Counted from the whole stretch's first letter, positions 13,548-26,407 are shown. The stretch: DNA of 63,460 nucleotides, filler included, from Octopus bimaculoides (GCF_001194135.2; 6 parts of 5 records of this genome joined end to end with filler, not necessarily neighbours in it); one strand, 5' to 3'. Made by a program: numbers and translations. Notes: generated by a model from the letters alone, not told the origin.

Positions 13548-13950
13548 TCAGGTTCAGTTTATTGGCAAGTGCCCATCATCTGTTACAAGCCCGGGCAGAC
13601 CAAAGCCTTGTGAATGAATTTAGAAAAACGGAAACTGTGTGGAAGCTCCTCATATAATACATATGTACGTGTCTGTGCATATGTGTGTGTGTGTGTGAGT
13701 GTGTATGTATGTGTGTGTGTGTGCGTGGGTGTTTGTTTGTGTTTGACACGCCCTCCACTGCTTGACAACCAGTATTGTTTTGTTTACCCCCCTTAGCTTG
13801 ATGGTTTCGCAAAAGAGGCTGATAGAATAAGCACCAATTTTTAAGAAAACGTACGTGCTGGGATCGATTTGTCCGACTAAAACCTTTCAATGTGGTGCTC
13901 CAGCATAGCCGCAATGCAATGAAAGTCAAACGAAAGATAAACGATAAAAG
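13548..13950 (+). mobile_element. SINE family A, diverged
   Basis: gaccaaagccttgtgaatgaatttag...cggaaactg, (TG)n, then the tail cttgacaacc...gtggtgctccagcatagccgc. Confidence 0.7.
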
Positions 13951-14199
13951 ATAAAATGCATGTTCATGGAAGGTACTGTCCTATCCAGTTTGTTTAAGGC
14001 CGACCATGCTTTGGATATCCGAGTTTTTACACACGTTGCAGTTGAGGCTATCTCAAAACCGAAATACTTGAAACCAAAAACTTGATTGATGAGGTCTCTT
14101 CTGATGTTGATGATTGATGTAGAGGCAACAACCTAGACGCTTATTAAAAACTAGAATCCATGCTAGATAGAATTTACACCTGAATGTTAAGAGCAGAAA

Positions 14200-14531
14200 G
14201 TACATGCATGGCTCAGTGGTTAAAGCCTCGGGCTCACAATCATCAGGTAGTGAGTTCGATTCCCGGACTGGGTAATGTGTTGTGTTCTTGAGCAAGACAC
14301 CTTATTTTACGTTGCTCCAGTTCACTCAGCTGTAGAAATGTGATGTAACTGGTATGGGCTTTGCCTTTCCCTTAGATAACATCAGTGGTGTGGAAAGGGG
14401 AGGTTGGTAAGCATAGGCGACTTCTGGTCTTTTATAAACAACTTTGCCGAACTTGTGCCTCGGAGAGTAACTTTCTAGGTGCAATCCCATGGTCAATCTT
14501 GACCGAAGGGGATCTTTACCTTTACCTTTAC
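14200..14531 (+). mobile_element. tRNA-derived SINE family E, full length with (TTTACC)n tail
   Basis: ggctcagtggtta (box A), gagttcgattccc (box B), cttgagcaagacac central domain, tttacctttacc tail. Confidence 0.85.
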
Positions 14532-14594
14532 GAATATATCTAGGAGAATTCATCCTACTAAGAAACAGCTGTGTGGAGATCTCCTGTCCGTTTC

Positions 14595-14845
14595 CACCAT
14601 CATAAGGAAAGACATTTGCGTCTTGCGGTACATTGGTGGGGAGAAGAACAAAGCTGATGTGTGACCTACTGATATGGATATCAAAGCATGGATATCAAGG
14701 CATGGATATCAAGGCATGGCTATACTCGAGCAAATCGTTTTAACACAATGTATCTAGATCAACTCATGAGAAACGCCAGATGCCTCTTTGAAGACCACCC
14801 TCAAATAATGCTGGACCGAGATCCCTGTTCGTGTACAAGTTAAAA
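14595..14845 (+). mobile_element. Decayed RTE-like LINE ORF2 C-terminus
   Basis: Translates to RHLRLAVHW...DLLIWISKHG...YLDQLMRN...MLDRD; contains a 14-bp unit (atggatatcaa(a/g)gc) x3 at 14674-14715. Confidence 0.55.
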
Positions 14846-15369
14846 AAGCGTTGGACAATCAGCAACAATAATAACAACAATAACAATTTATGTTAATCAG
14901 TCGAGGAAATACATAACTTGGTATGATTTCTTAGGAAAATAGTCTTGTTCTATGATTAATTCCTTTGCCTTAAAACATGATCCTCGCACAGCTGTCATCA
15001 TGTTCGGCAATAATATCTAGTCTTGTAAAAGAATGGTGTTCTTGACAGCATATAAATGAACATGTCCACTGTGTATTCATAGACATTGTTAGGTATTAGC
15101 TAGTGTGTTATGCATATGCGGTAGAAAAATGTGTAAATTTGATTGTGGCTCGAAAGATTTTTCTGTTTGATCACTTCACACAGATAGGAGGGAAGTGTGT
15201 TCAGCCGTTAACTTAAGATAGGATGTGTTCCGGCTTGTTTGTTATATTAAATCGAATTTCGGCCAATTTTTGATAATGAACTGAAACAGTTGTTGGAACG
15301 CTGCCAGTGTTTCTTGATAGCGTTTCTTTTCTGTTGGATTCTATCGATCATCAACTTCAGCTTCATCGA

Positions 15370-15664
15370 CGTCGTCGTCGTCGTCGTCGTCATTATCAGC
15401 ACTATCAATATCACCATCATCATCGCCATCAACACTTACCAATTCCACCACTATAACCATCATCATCATCAATACCATCATCATCGTCGTCGTCATCATC
15501 ATCATCAACAACAAATCATTATCTCTACCAGCTCCATGACCAGTGCCACCACTTCAACCACCACTACCATCACCACTTCCACCACCATCAATACCACCAA
15601 CACTACCATCAACCTCGTTATCATCATGAAAACCACCGTTGTCTGTCTATCTGTTTATCTGACA

Positions 15665-15728
<64 letters not shown>

Positions 15729-15818
15729 GTCTGTATGCATGTCTGTATGTGTGTCTGCCTGTTTATCTATCTATCTGCCTATCTATCTATCTATCTATCT
15801 ATCTCTATATATATATAT

Positions 15819-15863
<45 letters not shown>

Positions 15864-15873
15864 NNNNNNNNNN

Positions 15874-15929
<56 letters not shown>

Positions 15930-16090
15930 TATGTGTATATATATATATAGAGAGAGAGAGAGAGGAGGGAAGGAGAGAGATATATATATATACATACATA
16001 CGTACATACATGTATTGTATTATGTATATATGTATATATATATCTATATATATATATATACATCATCATCATCATCATCATAATCATCAT
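15370..16090. repeat. CAT/CAC/TCTA/TA/TG simple-repeat field
   Basis: Direct inspection. Confidence 0.9.
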
Positions 16091-16574
16091 CAAAAATAAA
16101 GACAAACAAAAAAATGCACTCCAAGGTACATTGTGTTAGAATAAAATACAGGGTTGATCACAACTGGAATGCCTTGACCATGGATCTATACGATCGAGAC
16201 TGACCTAAAGATAAACAATAGCTACAACAACAACAACAACAACAGCAAAGACACTCTGACTGATGTAGTCCTAGGTATGCTAAGACTGGGTGAAGGATGA
16301 GCTATGCCTTGATCTGAGGTTTGTTTGATCCGGGCTGGCCTCAAGATCAGCAAGAACAGCAGGAAGACTATCATTACAACAATATCAACGACAACAACAG
16401 GAATCACTTCCGCCAAGATGGCGTCTTTAGTGCTGCTGCTCTATCCAGAACAGTCTCAAGAACTCACTAGACCGTTCCCTCCACGCATGTGTATATAACA
16501 CCCCCCTCCATCAACTCATTTCCATTCTTTTATCTCCTCCCACTTCTTTTAGTCACATATGTTGATGATATCAC

Positions 16575-16616
<42 letters not shown>

Positions 16617-17423
16617 CTGAGAAGAAATCACAAAGATAATGGCTGACTAGTTACCATTCTGTTACATTAGTCTCTTTGTTAGCACCAATACCACCATCAA
16701 CGCTACCACCACGACCACCACAGCCACCACCACCACCACCATTACAGGCTGTCTCTTTGGATTATTCACCCTTGCTAACTTCTCTGGCATTAACAAAGAA
16801 TTGTAACACTGAACCATATCTAAGAATANNNNNNNNNNNNNNNNNNNNNNNNNNNNNNNNNNNNNNNNNNNNNNNNNNNNNNNNNNNNNNNNNNNNNNNN
16901 NNNNNNNNNNNNNNNNNNNNNNNNNNNNNNNNNNNNNNNNNNNNNNNNNNNNNNNNNNNNNNNNNNNNNNNNNNNNNNNNNNNNNNNNNNNNNNNNNNNN
17001 NNNNNNNNNNNNNNNNNNNNNNNNNNNNNNNNNNNNNNNNNNNNNNNNNNNNNNNNNNNNNNNNNNNNNNNNNNNNNNNNNNNNNNNNNNNNNNNNNNNN
17101 NNNNNNNNNNNNNNNNNNNNNNNNNNNNNNNNNNNNNNNNNNNNNNNNNNNNNNNNNNNNNNNNNNNNNNNNNNNNNNNNNNNNNNNNNNNNNNNNNNNN
17201 NNNNNNNNNNNNNNNNNNNNNNNNNNNNNNNNNNNNNNNNNNNNNNNNNNNNNNNNNNNNNNNNNNNNNNNNNNNNNNNNNNNNNNNNNNNNAATGATAA
17301 TAATAAATTATAATTTCAAAAAAAAAAAAATGCTAATTATGAATTCAGATTTTTGTGAGATAATTATACACTGACAGGGAGGCAAAACTTTTTAAAAACA
17401 TACAAGAACACCAACTGCTGCTG

Positions 17424-17456
<33 letters not shown>

Positions 17457-17508
17457 GTGCTAAAACCACCACCACCAGCACCACCAGCTACATCGTCATC
17501 ATCAATAT

Positions 17509-17598
<90 letters not shown>

Positions 17599-17937
17599 CA
17601 ACAACAATAATGTAAAATAAATTAAATGCAGACGAATGTATATGTAGAATACATTAAAAAAATACATAAGTGCACTTTTTTGCTTTTTTTTAAAAGAAAA
17701 ATAGCATGAATAAAATTTTTAATAATAAAATAAATTATTTTAAAATATGAAAGCGATAATATAAAATATTGGTAAAAATATATAATGAATATAGAAATAA
17801 TTAAAAATACATAAAGATAGAATAATCAATATTAATTAGAAGATAACACATTGAAAAAAAAACACCAACACTGATTCAGAAAAATAGCGGTATGTCGTTG
17901 GGTTGTTTAACCATAGGTCAGTCTTGATCAAGCTGTT

Positions 17938-18233
17938 ATTGGCACTCCGTCGCTTACGACGTCGAGGGTTCCAGTTGATCCGATCAACGGAACAGCCTGC
18001 TCGTGAAATTAACGTGCAAGTGGCTGAGCATTCCACAGACACGTGTACACTTAACGTAGTTCTCGGGGATATTCAGTGTGACACAGTGTGACAAGGCTGA
18101 CCCTTTGAAATACAGGCACAACAGAAACAGGAAGAGTGAGAGAAAGTTGGGGTGAAAGAGTACAACAGGGGTCACCACCACCTCATGCCGGAGCCTCGTG
18201 GAGCTTTAGGTGTTTTCGCTCAATAAACACTCA
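17938..18233 (-). mobile_element. SINE family B (5' end lost in gap)
   Basis: Reverse complement of 13160-13461. Confidence 0.9.
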
Positions 18234-18861
18234 NNNNNNNNNNNNNNNNNNNNNNNNNNNNNNNNNNNNNNNNNNNNNNNNNNNNNNNNNNNNNNNNNNN
18301 NNNNNNNNNNNNNNNNNNNNNNNNNNNNNNNNNNNNNNNNNNNNNNNNNNNNNNNNNNNNNNNNNNNNNNNNNNNNNNNNNNNNNNNNNNNNNNNNNNNN
18401 NNNNNNNNNNNNNNNNNNNNNNNNNNNNNNNNNNNNNNNNNNNNNNNNNNNNNNNNNNNNNNNNNNNNNNNNNNNNNNNNNNNNNNNNNNNNNNNNNNNN
18501 NNNNNNNNNNNNNNNNNNNNNNNNNNNNNNNNNNNNNNNNNNNNNNNNNNNNNNNNNNNNNNNNNNNNNNNNNNNNNNNNNNNNNNNNNNNNNNNNNNNN
18601 NNNNNNNNNNNNNNNNNNNNNNNNNNNNNNNNNNNNNNNNNNNNNNNNNNNNNNNNNNNNNNNNNNNNNNNNNNNNNNNNNNNNNNNNNNNNNNNNNNNN
18701 NNNNNNNNNNNNNNNNNNNNNNNNNNNNNNNNNNNNNNNNNNNNNNNNNNNNNNNNNNNNNNNNNNNNNNNNNNNNNNNNNNNNNNNNNNNNNNNNNNNN
18801 NNNNNNNNNNNNNNNNNNNNNNNNNNNNNNNNNNNNNNNNNNNNNNNNNNNNNNNNNNNNN

Positions 18862-18890
<29 letters not shown>

Positions 18891-18893
<3 letters not shown>

Positions 18894-19040
18894 GACGGGC
18901 TTCTTTCAGTTTCCGTCTACCAAATCTACTCACAAGGCTTTGGTCGGCCCGAGGCTATAGTAGAAGACACTTGCCCAAGGTGCCACGCAGTGGGACTGAA
19001 CCAGAAATTTGTAGCATTTGACAGTCACTCCTGCGCCTAT
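18891..19040 (-). mobile_element. SINE family A head
   Basis: tacgacgggcttctttcagtttccgtctacc...gtgggactgaacc. Confidence 0.85.
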
Positions 19041-19559
19041 GTATATCGTGTTTTGGTTTGCATCATTTGATAGGTTCTTCCGATTTTAAGACGATGTGGT
19101 GAGTGATTTGAGGCGCGTATGGCTGTTATTTCTGTCCAGAGTAACAACAATGTAAAGGCTTCCTCTTTGTTGATACTGTAGTTTTTGCTGTTTTTGTTGT
19201 CGCTGCTACTGCTGCCACTGCTGCTGATGATTACGTACGGACTTCAAAGCAACCCAGTTTTACGAGGAACTATGAGCAAAAGCGTTTCACTCGTAACCAA
19301 CCATGCTTGTGCTTAGACGTAACATATCTATGATTATATTATCCAACATTTCAGTTATGATTTTTGTTACAAGACTAAATCATCAGTGAGTTGGACAAAT
19401 GCTGTGCAGGGCAGGAATATCTCAACTTACGTCGGTAATTGGCTCGTAGACATGCGACTTAACTCCAAAAAGGAATGCGACTCAAAAAAAAAAAATCATT
19501 AAAAAAGTTTATTAGCATATATTTGTTTAAATAAACGGTTTGTAAATATTTTCTCAAGT

Positions 19560-19947
19560 AGGAGTGGCTGTGTGGTAAGTAGCTTGCTTACCAACCACAT
19601 GGTTCCGGGTTCAGTCCTACTGCGTGGCACATTGGGCAAGTGTCTTCTACTATAGCCTCGGGCCGACCAAAGCCTTGTGAGTGGATATGGTAGACGGAAA
19701 CTGAAAGAAGTCTGTCCTAGATAAGTATATATATGTGTATGTGTGTATGTTTGTATTTGTCCCCCCAACATCGCTTGACAACCGATGCTGGTGTGTTTAT
19801 GTCCCCGTAACTTAGCGGTTCAGCAAGAGGGACCGATAGAATAAGTACTAGGCTTACAAAGAATAAGTCCTGGGGTCAATTTGCTCGACTAAAGGCGGTG
19901 CTCCAGCATGGCCGCAGTCAAATGACTGAAACAAAAATAAAAGAATA
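19560..19947 (+). mobile_element. SINE family A, full length (head-microsatellite-tail)
   Basis: aggagtggctgtgtggtaag...gggttcagtcc...cttgggcaagtg-like domain, short TA/TG tract, tail ending aatgactgaaacaaaaataaaaga. Confidence 0.9.
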
Positions 19948-20371
19948 TTTTATTTGATTTTGTTATTTCAGCATTAATTTTTAGGTGATTTTTAAAAGAC
20001 TTTTATGCTTTTAGATAAATTCGCTGAGGCCGATCCAAAGTCGGATAAATCAACTGATGCTGAGCTTTATTTCTCATAAAAAATTAAAAAAACGACTTAA
20101 TTGAAAAAAATATAACAAGTAATGATGAAAGTTGAGATATGCCTATTCTTGTTTTTGCTCATTGTCCTGTGTTCAAGTTCCGTTAAAGTTGGCGTTGTCT
20201 TTTATTCTTGTGATGTCTCTCAAAAAAGTATCGGTCACATAATGTGGCAAATTTTACTTTTTTCCTTCTTTTTCCTTTCCTTCTTTGTTTCTTCTTTCTC
20301 CTTCTCCCTACCCTTCTCTCTTTCTCTCTCATTCTTTGTTTCTTTCTCTCTCTTTCTTTCTCTCTCTCTCG

Positions 20372-20440
<69 letters not shown>

Positions 20441-21380
20441 ACTCTCACATATTTAGCTACAATGCACTATGAATATGCTGTGGCGTATTGTTCTTAGTAT
20501 CGCTTGCGTTCAAGAAACGGGGAAGGGTTAAGAGGAGTTTTAACAACTCTTTGAATCTTGCATATTACAAAAAACGTCCAGAGACACAAGAAACGATGGG
20601 CGTGAATGCACAAATGTGTTGTATGGTACGGACCATTTTTATTCAGGGTGTATTTTGAGTAAAATTTAGCTGTTATTTCTTAAATTTTGAGCTACCACGT
20701 ACATTGCGCTTTTATCGATCGCCAACAGATTTACAGTTTTATTAACATTGCGATAAGACTGCGGCTAGTAGAAGCGAGGCATGATTGATCAATAGCCATT
20801 CCGTTTCATAACTGTTATTTGTTATATTGACCACGAAAAAGCAAAGACTAAAGTTGACTGCAACGACAGCAGTTTAAGCCATTAGCATTTAAACAAGCCA
20901 TATACGACCCAAATATTCAACCTTGTTTTATGTTCAAACTGGCTAGATTCAGCCTCTCACACCTACCTTTCAATGTCATTTTAAGAATAAACAACATTGT
21001 CAAAAGCTCGAAATTATTACAATTATGCATGATCAATTTAAAACAACGTGAATAGATGAGTATTACAGTAAATAGAAAGCTAAAAGGTTAAACCTAAAGA
21101 GGTCTACCTTAATACCATAAGGTATGTTATAGGACAATAGTTGACAAAATCTGTTATTCATTGTTCTGCAACACTGATAGAGAATCTATGACGAGCGTGT
21201 CAGCTGCAATACGACAGTTTTAAGATGGCGCCCGATGGATGTTTTAAAAAGTATTTTCCTTGTCATATGATTTTATAAAAGGCTTTTACCTAAAACTAAC
21301 GCATTTATGCCAATAATAAACAAGCACACAGGCTCTATTTCACTTCTTTGTTTTTAGTAGTCAATCGGTTAACTATTTAA

Positions 21381-21711
21381 CTGGCACTCCATCGGTTACG
21401 GTTACGACAATAAGTGTTCTATTTGATCCTCTCAACGGAACAGCCTGTTCGTGAGCTTAACGTGTAAGTGGCTGATCACTCCACAGACACGCGTACCCTA
21501 AACGTAGTTCGCAGGGAGATTTAGCGTGACACAGAATGCGACAAGGTTAGCCCTTTGAATTACTGGTACTACTCGTTTTTTGCCAGTGGAGTGGACTGGA
21601 ACAACTTGAAATAAAGTGTCTTGCTCAAGGACTCAACGCCACCGCCGGGAATCGAACTCGCGACCTGACAATCCTGACCTGACTACCTTAACCACAAAGC
21701 CACGCGCCTTC
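21381..21711 (-). mobile_element. Chimeric SINE: family E-type head with family B-type tail
   Basis: 21381-21560 matches the family B 3' half (aacggaacagcctg...ccacagacacg); 21590-21711 matches the family E head (cttgagcaagacactttattt, gagttcgattccc). Confidence 0.75.
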
Positions 21712-22566
21712 GCCATTTAACCGATTTAAAGACATCTTCACCATTTAACCGATTTAAAGAATTAGCTAATCGATTCTTCGAGTAATCGTTCGATCAATCA
21801 ACCAATCAACGAGATTTGTCAAAGATCTTTCGCCGTCATTCGCGACCTCAGCTACATACCCTTTTTAGTCCAGACCTGCTGACAAAGACAAACAGACCAG
21901 AAGCAGATTTCGATGTAAAGATGGACACTGGAAGATGAAACAACTTAGTGTAATGACAACGTCTTTAATATCTTATGGATATTTGTTCCGGCTGTAAGGG
22001 ATGTGAGTTCGAATCCTAGCACGGTCAAGTTTCCATTTTATCCTTCTGGTTTCCATATCTAAGCATTTATCAAGTACTGGGGTTGTATCTACCCGATCTC
22101 TCTTTGCCCGTCACTCATTCTCTCTTTGTCTCTAACTCTCCTGTTCGTTTACCTCTGTTGCTGTCTTTCTTTCTTTGCCCCACTCTTTCTGCCTCTCTCT
22201 CTCTCTCTTTTGTTTGTCTCTTTCTTTCTCACTCCGTCTTTCTCTCTCACTCTCTCTTACTCATTCAGTCTTCCTTTCTCTTTCTCTATCGCTCACTCTT
22301 TCTCTCTTCCACTTTTTATCATCCTCTTTTTCTCTTTCTCCCCTCTCTCTCTCCCCCTCTCTTTTTTTCTATCTCATTTCTTTCTATCTCATTTTTTCCT
22401 TCTCCCTTGTTTCTCTCACGCCCTCTTTCCCCTCCCTGTCTCACTTCTTTAACTGTCGACACTGGGCTTCGATAAGCGTCCGGCAGTTGGGCGGGGGACA
22501 CTCTGGGCGTAACAGGCCGAAGCTAAATATCTACCAATGATTTTTAGCAAAGCCGCAACATGAGAA

Positions 22567-22609
<43 letters not shown>

Positions 22610-22860
22610 NNNNNNNNNNNNNNNNNNNNNNNNNNNNNNNNNNNNNNNNNNNNNNNNNNNNNNNNNNNNNNNNNNNNNNNNNNNNNNNNNNNNNNNNNNN
22701 NNNNNNNNNNNNNNNNNNNNNNNNNNNNNNNNNNNNNNNNNNNNNNNNNNNNNNNNGGTAATAGTAGTAATAATAACAATAATGATCATAATCATAATAA
22801 TAATAATAATTTCTAAAATAGGCACAAGGCCACAAATTGGTTGTGAAGCAGGAATCAATG

Positions 22861-22930
<70 letters not shown>

Positions 22931-23467
22931 TAATTTCAAGAATAGCGATGACCACGATGACAGGGACAACGACGATGATGATGATGATGAAGATGAAGAT
23001 AATAATAATAATTATAATAATAATAATATTAATAATAATAAAAATAATTATAAAAATAATATAAAGCAAACATTGAAACATTACATAAATATACTTCTAT
23101 ATATTATATGCACATATATAGGATATATGTGTGTATGCATGTGTGCATGTGTGTATGTATCCATGTACGTATGTATGCATGTATGTATGTATGTATGTAT
23201 GTATGTATGTATGATACATTTATAACATTAAATAAGCCACAGAACTAAAAGTTAATATAATTAAAATACAAAGTAAAATATAAAGCCAGAAATATAATGA
23301 AATATAATACCATAAATGCGATAGATATTTAAATTAGAGTGAAAAAAAAAGAAGCAAGAAATAAAGAAAGTAAAGTAACATTTCAAAGACTTGAAAGTAA
23401 GCAACAACATTGTAAAAACAAAAACACACATACATATACATACATGCATACATACATATTCTTTAAT

Positions 23468-23850
23468 TCTTTTATTTGTTTCACGTATTCGACCGCAGCC
23501 ATCCTGGAGCACCGTCTTTAAGTCGAACAAATCGATCATGGGACTTTTTTTTGCTTAGTACCTATTCTATCAGCCAATTTTACCGAACCACTAGGTCACT
23601 GAGACGTAAACACATCAACACGTTGTCAAGCGGTAATGGTGGGGGGAACACAAACACAAAGACACACACACACACACATATATACGACGGGCTTCTTTCA
23701 GTTTCCGTCTACCAAATCCACTCACAAGGCTTTGGTCGGCCCGAGGCTATAGCAGAAGACACTTGCCCAAGGTGCCACGCAGTGGGACTGAACCCGGAAC
23801 CATGTGGTTGGTAAGCAAGCTACTTACCACACAGCCACTCCTGCGCCTAT
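23468..23850 (-). mobile_element. SINE family A, full length
   Basis: Reverse complement of 19560-19947, ending ccacacagccactcctgcgcct. Confidence 0.9.
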
Positions 23851-24339
23851 GTATAACAATTACAATAAAAATAAAACAACAAAATAGTGTTGTATGGAAG
23901 GTTGTGGGTGTTGTGTGGAGTGCGCGCACACACACACATACACACGCGCACATAGAGACGTACATACAGACACACACGTACGCGCGCACGCACACACACG
24001 TAACGTGTACGCTTACACATGTGCACACATACACATGCGCATACGCCAATACTTAAACACACATATCGGTGCAAACAAATACACCACGTACACACACAGA
24101 CTCTTGAACATATGCACACGCATGCGCACACATGGATATGTATACAAAAATCAATACTGGTTGATCTGCTGCAAAAAGTAGCTAAAATAGACTAACATAG
24201 TGCTCACATTGAAGTAAACAATACTGAATACATCAAGTGCTGGTAGGACACCGCAGATGATTGAAAGTAAAAAATTTAAGTCATTTTGATAAGGTCAGTG
24301 TATCATAATCGGAGTTCAGTGACCAGGTCGACCTAGACT

Positions 24340-25555
24340 TGACCAGCTGACTAGAATTGACTTCACATGCAAATACATAACGTTAGACTTCATTTAGTTA
24401 TATTACTCGTTGAATTATAGAGTACGGTCTAATGACTGTAATCACAGCACAGATAAGATGAAACCACATTTAATTATTACATACTGAATTATGAAATACG
24501 GCCTGAGGACCAAAATCACAATACAGATGACCTTAGACAACATTTAGTTATGTACAGAATTATAGACCAGAGTCTAATTAGTATCATCAGAACATATATC
24601 ATCTTAGCTCACAGTTATTACAGAATTACAGACCACGTTCTAATGACTATATATACATAACACAACACAAACTTAGACAACGTTTAATTATTACACACTC
24701 AGTTACAGACCATGGTCTAACAGTATCAACACAGCACGCATAATCTCAGACTACAAATACTTATTACACACTGAATTATGGACAACGGTCTATTTACCAT
24801 AAGCACAACACGCATAAACTTAGACCACATTTAATTGTTATACATAGAACTATATACCAAGGTCTAATGAGCGTAACCACAGCACAAATGATTTAAAACC
24901 ACATTTAGTTGTTACACGGTGAATTATAGAGTAACCTTAGACCACAATTACTTCTTACACACTGAATTATAGGCCACGGTCTAATGACCGTCATCAGAAC
25001 ACATATAATCTTAGACCACTTATATTTATTTACACACTGAATTATAGACCACAGGTCTTACTTTTAGCGCGCAGTCAATCGCAATAATGGTACACTATGC
25101 TGTGAAATTACCTGATCTGGGTTAGAATTAGGGTCAAGGTTTAGGGGTAGAGTTAGGGTTAGAGTTAAGGATATGGTTAAGATTTTAGGCTTAGAATTGT
25201 GGTTAAGTTTAGGATTTAGACTATTCGCTAAAGTGATAGCAACCACGGTCTAATGACTATAACCACAACACAAATATTTTTAGACCGCAATTAATTATTG
25301 CACACTGAATTATAACCCATGGTCTAATGAACATAATCAAAAAACTCTTAGTTTTAGACAACAATTAGATATTACACATTGAATTACAGACCATGGTCTA
25401 ATGTTCATAATCATAACGCACTTAAATTTAGACAACATTTAGCTACTATACATTCAATCATAGACTACGGTCTAATGAGCATTATCGCAACATACAAAAC
25501 CTTAAAATACAATTATTATTTAAACATTGAATTACAGCCCATGGTCTAATGACCA
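24340..25555. repeat. About 74-bp minisatellite (about 15 units) with palindromic core TAGACC-nn-GGTCTA
   Basis: Unit starts (gaatta-like) at 24412, 24486, 24557, 24623, 24700, 24773, 24847, 24921, 24964, 25039, then 25307, 25381, 25455, 25529. Confidence 0.9.
25059..25241. repeat. Insertion carrying a degenerate (GGGTTA)n telomere-like array
   Basis: gggttagaattagggtcaaggtttaggggtagagttagggttagag... at 25119-25220; short inverted ends cttttagcg / cgctaaag. Confidence 0.75.
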
Positions 25556-26191
25556 CCACCACAGCAGTAACTACTGTCACGTTCAAAACGGCAATATTTG
25601 TTACAACTGATGTTCTTAGAACGACAATAAATATAAACATAACAAAGACGCAATGGCGGTGAATTGCTTGACATTACGTCTATATGTATTATTAGTCAAG
25701 AATTGTGTGTTTGTATATGTGTGTGTGTGTATGATTCAGTACGTAATGTGAATATGCATGTTTGTGTGAGATTATGTGCGTGCGCGCGTGTGCGTGCGTG
25801 TCCATGTGTGTGTGCATGTGTACGTACTTTGCCCTATAAGGAAGCCACTGTTGAATATCATAATTTATGTTTACTTCTACAAATTAACGTAGGGGAATAT
25901 GGTACCTATCTACCTATCCCACCCACCTGCATGCCAGCCAACCAGCTAATATACCTACCTGCCTATATGCACACATACTTATAATATGTAAACACATGTA
26001 TGTGTATGTAGATATGCATTATGTGTATATGTGTGTGTGTGTGTGTGCGTTTGTGTGCATGTGCCTTTGTGCTTGTGTGGGCGTGTGTAAGTATGTATAT
26101 ATATGACTATATATATATATGTAAATACATAGATACATATTTTTATATAGAAATGAATAGTATATATATATATGTGTGTGTTGTGTGTGTT

Positions 26192-26224
<33 letters not shown>

Positions 26225-26407
26225 CTTAGCACCTAGGTGTTAGTAACACATGTATGTTTATATGCATATATATGTCTGTGCGTGTGTGTGCGTATGCAAC
26301 TTTAAGCATACTTAGAAATGTATATATTCGTGTAGTGTGTGTGTGTGAGTGTGTGTGTGCGTGTGTGTTAGTGTGCGAGCGTGCGTGAGCAATGCATGGA
26401 AATATGT

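Noticed and set aside
22478-22500. CTCF/CSE-like site analogous to vertebrate Pcdh promoters
   Set aside because: Several mismatches to the CTCF core; cannot be supported by eye.
24340-25555. CRISPR-like appearance (palindromic repeat with variable spacers)
   Set aside because: The spacers are homologous to each other, the repeats are degenerate, there are no cas genes, and the context is eukaryotic; it is a minisatellite.
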